From Squalus acanthias (lineage: Eukaryota): a DNA stretch of 64,000 nucleotides. Position 1 is the stretch's first letter. The number at the start of each line of letters is the position of its first letter. A program made the translations under genes and the position numbers. This document shows positions 62,186 to 64,000 of this stretch, one piece after another. The notes under the pieces were generated by a model. The model was not told where the DNA came from and did not search any database. It saw only the letters and a list, made by a program, of their open reading frames with translations. Where the stretch lies: the NCBI GenBank assembly GCA_030390025.1, contig CM059432.1, positions 69,194,001 through 69,258,000 of the forward strand, given 5' to 3'.

Positions 62186-64000
62186 ATCATTTATGGGATC
62201 AGGGCGTCGCTGGCAATGCCAGCATTTATTGCTCATCCCTAGTTGCCCTTGAGAAGGTGGTGGTGAGCCGCCTTCTTGAACCGCTGCAGTCCGTGTGGTG
62301 AAGCTACTCCCACAGTGCTGTTAGGTAGGGAGTTCCAGGATTTTGACCCAGCGACGATGAAGGATCGGCGATATACTTCTAAGTCAGGATGGTGTGTGAC
62401 TTGGAGGGAAACTTGGAGGTGGTGGTGTTCCCATGCGCCTGCTGCCCTTGTCCTTCTAGGTGGAAGAGATCGCGGGTTTGGGAGGTGCTGCCGAAGAAGC
62501 CTTGGCGAGTTGCTGCAGTGCATCTTGTAGATGGTACACACTGCGGACACGGTACGCCGGTGGTGGAGGGAGTGAATGTTTAAGGTGGTGGATGGGGTGC
62601 CAATCAAGCGGGCTGCTTTGTCCTGGATGGTGTCGAGCTTCTTGAGTGTTGTTGGAGCTGCACTCATCCAGGCAAGTGGAGAGTATTCCATCACACTCCT
62701 TACTTGTGCCTTGTAGATGGTGAAAAGGCTTTGGGGAGTCAGGAGGTGAGACACTCAGGGCAGAATACCCAGCCTCTGACCTGCTCTTGTTGCCACACTA
62801 TTTATGTGGCTGGCCCAGTTAAGTTTCTGGTTAATGGTGACCCCCAGGATGTTGATAGTGGGGGATTCGGCGATGGTAATGCCGTTGAATGTGAAAGGGA
62901 GGTGGTTAGACTCTCGCTTGTTGGAGATAGTCATTGCCTGGCACTTCTGTGGCGCGAATGTTACCTGCCACTTATGAGCCCAAGTCTGAACATCGTCCAG
63001 GTCTTGTTGCATGCAGGCATGGACTGCTTCATTATCTGTGGAGTTGCGAATGGCGCTGAACACTGTGCAGTCATCAGCGAACATCCCCATTTCTGACCTT
63101 ATGTTGGAGGGAAGGTCATTGATGAAGCAGCTGAAAATGGTTGGGCCTAGGACACTGCCCTGAGGAACTCCTGCAGCGATGTCCTGGGGCTGTGATGATT
63201 GACTTTCAACCACCACAACCATCTTCCTTTGTGTTAGGTATGACTCCAGCCAGTGGAGCGTTTTCCCCTTGCTTCCCATTGACTTCAGTTTTACTAGGCC
63301 TCCTTGATGCCAGACTCAGTCAAATGCTGCCTTGATGTCAAGGGCAATCACTCTCACCTCACCTCTGGAATTCAGCTCCTTTGTCCATGTTTGGACCAAG
63401 GCTGTAATGAGGTCGGGAGCCAAGTGGTCTTGGCGGAACCCAAACTGGGCATCAGTGAGCATGTTATTGGCGAGTAAGTGCCACTGGATAGCACTGTCGA
63501 TGACACCTTCCATCACTTTGCTGATGATTGAGAGTAGGCTGATGGGGCGGTAATTGGCCGAGTTGGATTTGTCCTGCTTTTTGTGGGCAGGACATACCTG
63601 GGCAGTTTTCCACATTGTCGGATAGATGCCAGTGTTGTAGCTGTACTGAAACAGCTTGGCTAGAGGTGCGGCTAGTTCTGGAGCACAAGTCTTCAGCACG
63701 ATAGCCGGGATGTTGTAGGGGCCCATAGCCTTTGCTGTATCCAGTGCGCTCAGCCGTTTCTTGATATCACGTGGAGTGAATCGAATTGACTGAAAACTGG
63801 CATCTGTGATGGTGGGGACCTCGGGAGGAGGCCGATATGAATCATCCACTCGGCACTTCTGGCTGAAGATGGTTGCAAACGCTTCAGCCTTGTCTTTTGC
63901 ACTCATGTGCTGGGCTCCACCATCATTGAGGATGGGGATATTCTTGGAGCCTCCTCCTCCCGTTAGTTGTTTAATGGTCCACCACCATTCACGACTGGAT
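62186..64000 (-). mobile_element. Less-decayed copy of the tRNA-headed CR1-group LINE family, running off the window end
   Basis: KTCAPELAAPLAKLFQYSY, YRPISLLS, LDIKAAFD, GVPQGSVLGP and FADD; alignable to 37060-38875. Confidence 0.92.

Overview
Vertebrate genomic DNA, most likely a cartilaginous fish (inferred from the repeat complement). The only host gene I can support is a two-exon SoxF gene recognisable as sox17 (CDS 32393-32687 + 33029-33951, 405 aa). It sits in a repeat-poor, CpG-retaining zone of about 12 kb. The rest is layered and often nested transposable elements. These include many CR1 and L2 LINE pieces, one CR1 with an unbroken 884-aa ORF2 segment, and an RTE LINE. There are four decayed PIF/Harbinger transposons with convergent Myb/SANT and DDE transposase genes, plus related MITEs, Penelope-like insertions with inverted structure and hammerhead-like motifs, and Deu-type SINEs. 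The most unusual element is an apparently full-length, single-ORF CR1-group LINE whose 5' end is a tRNA-like (Pol III A/B box) head. A SINE made of the same head and the same tail also occurs in the window. All calls were made by eye without database searches, and TE boundaries are approximate unless a TSD or TIR is quoted.
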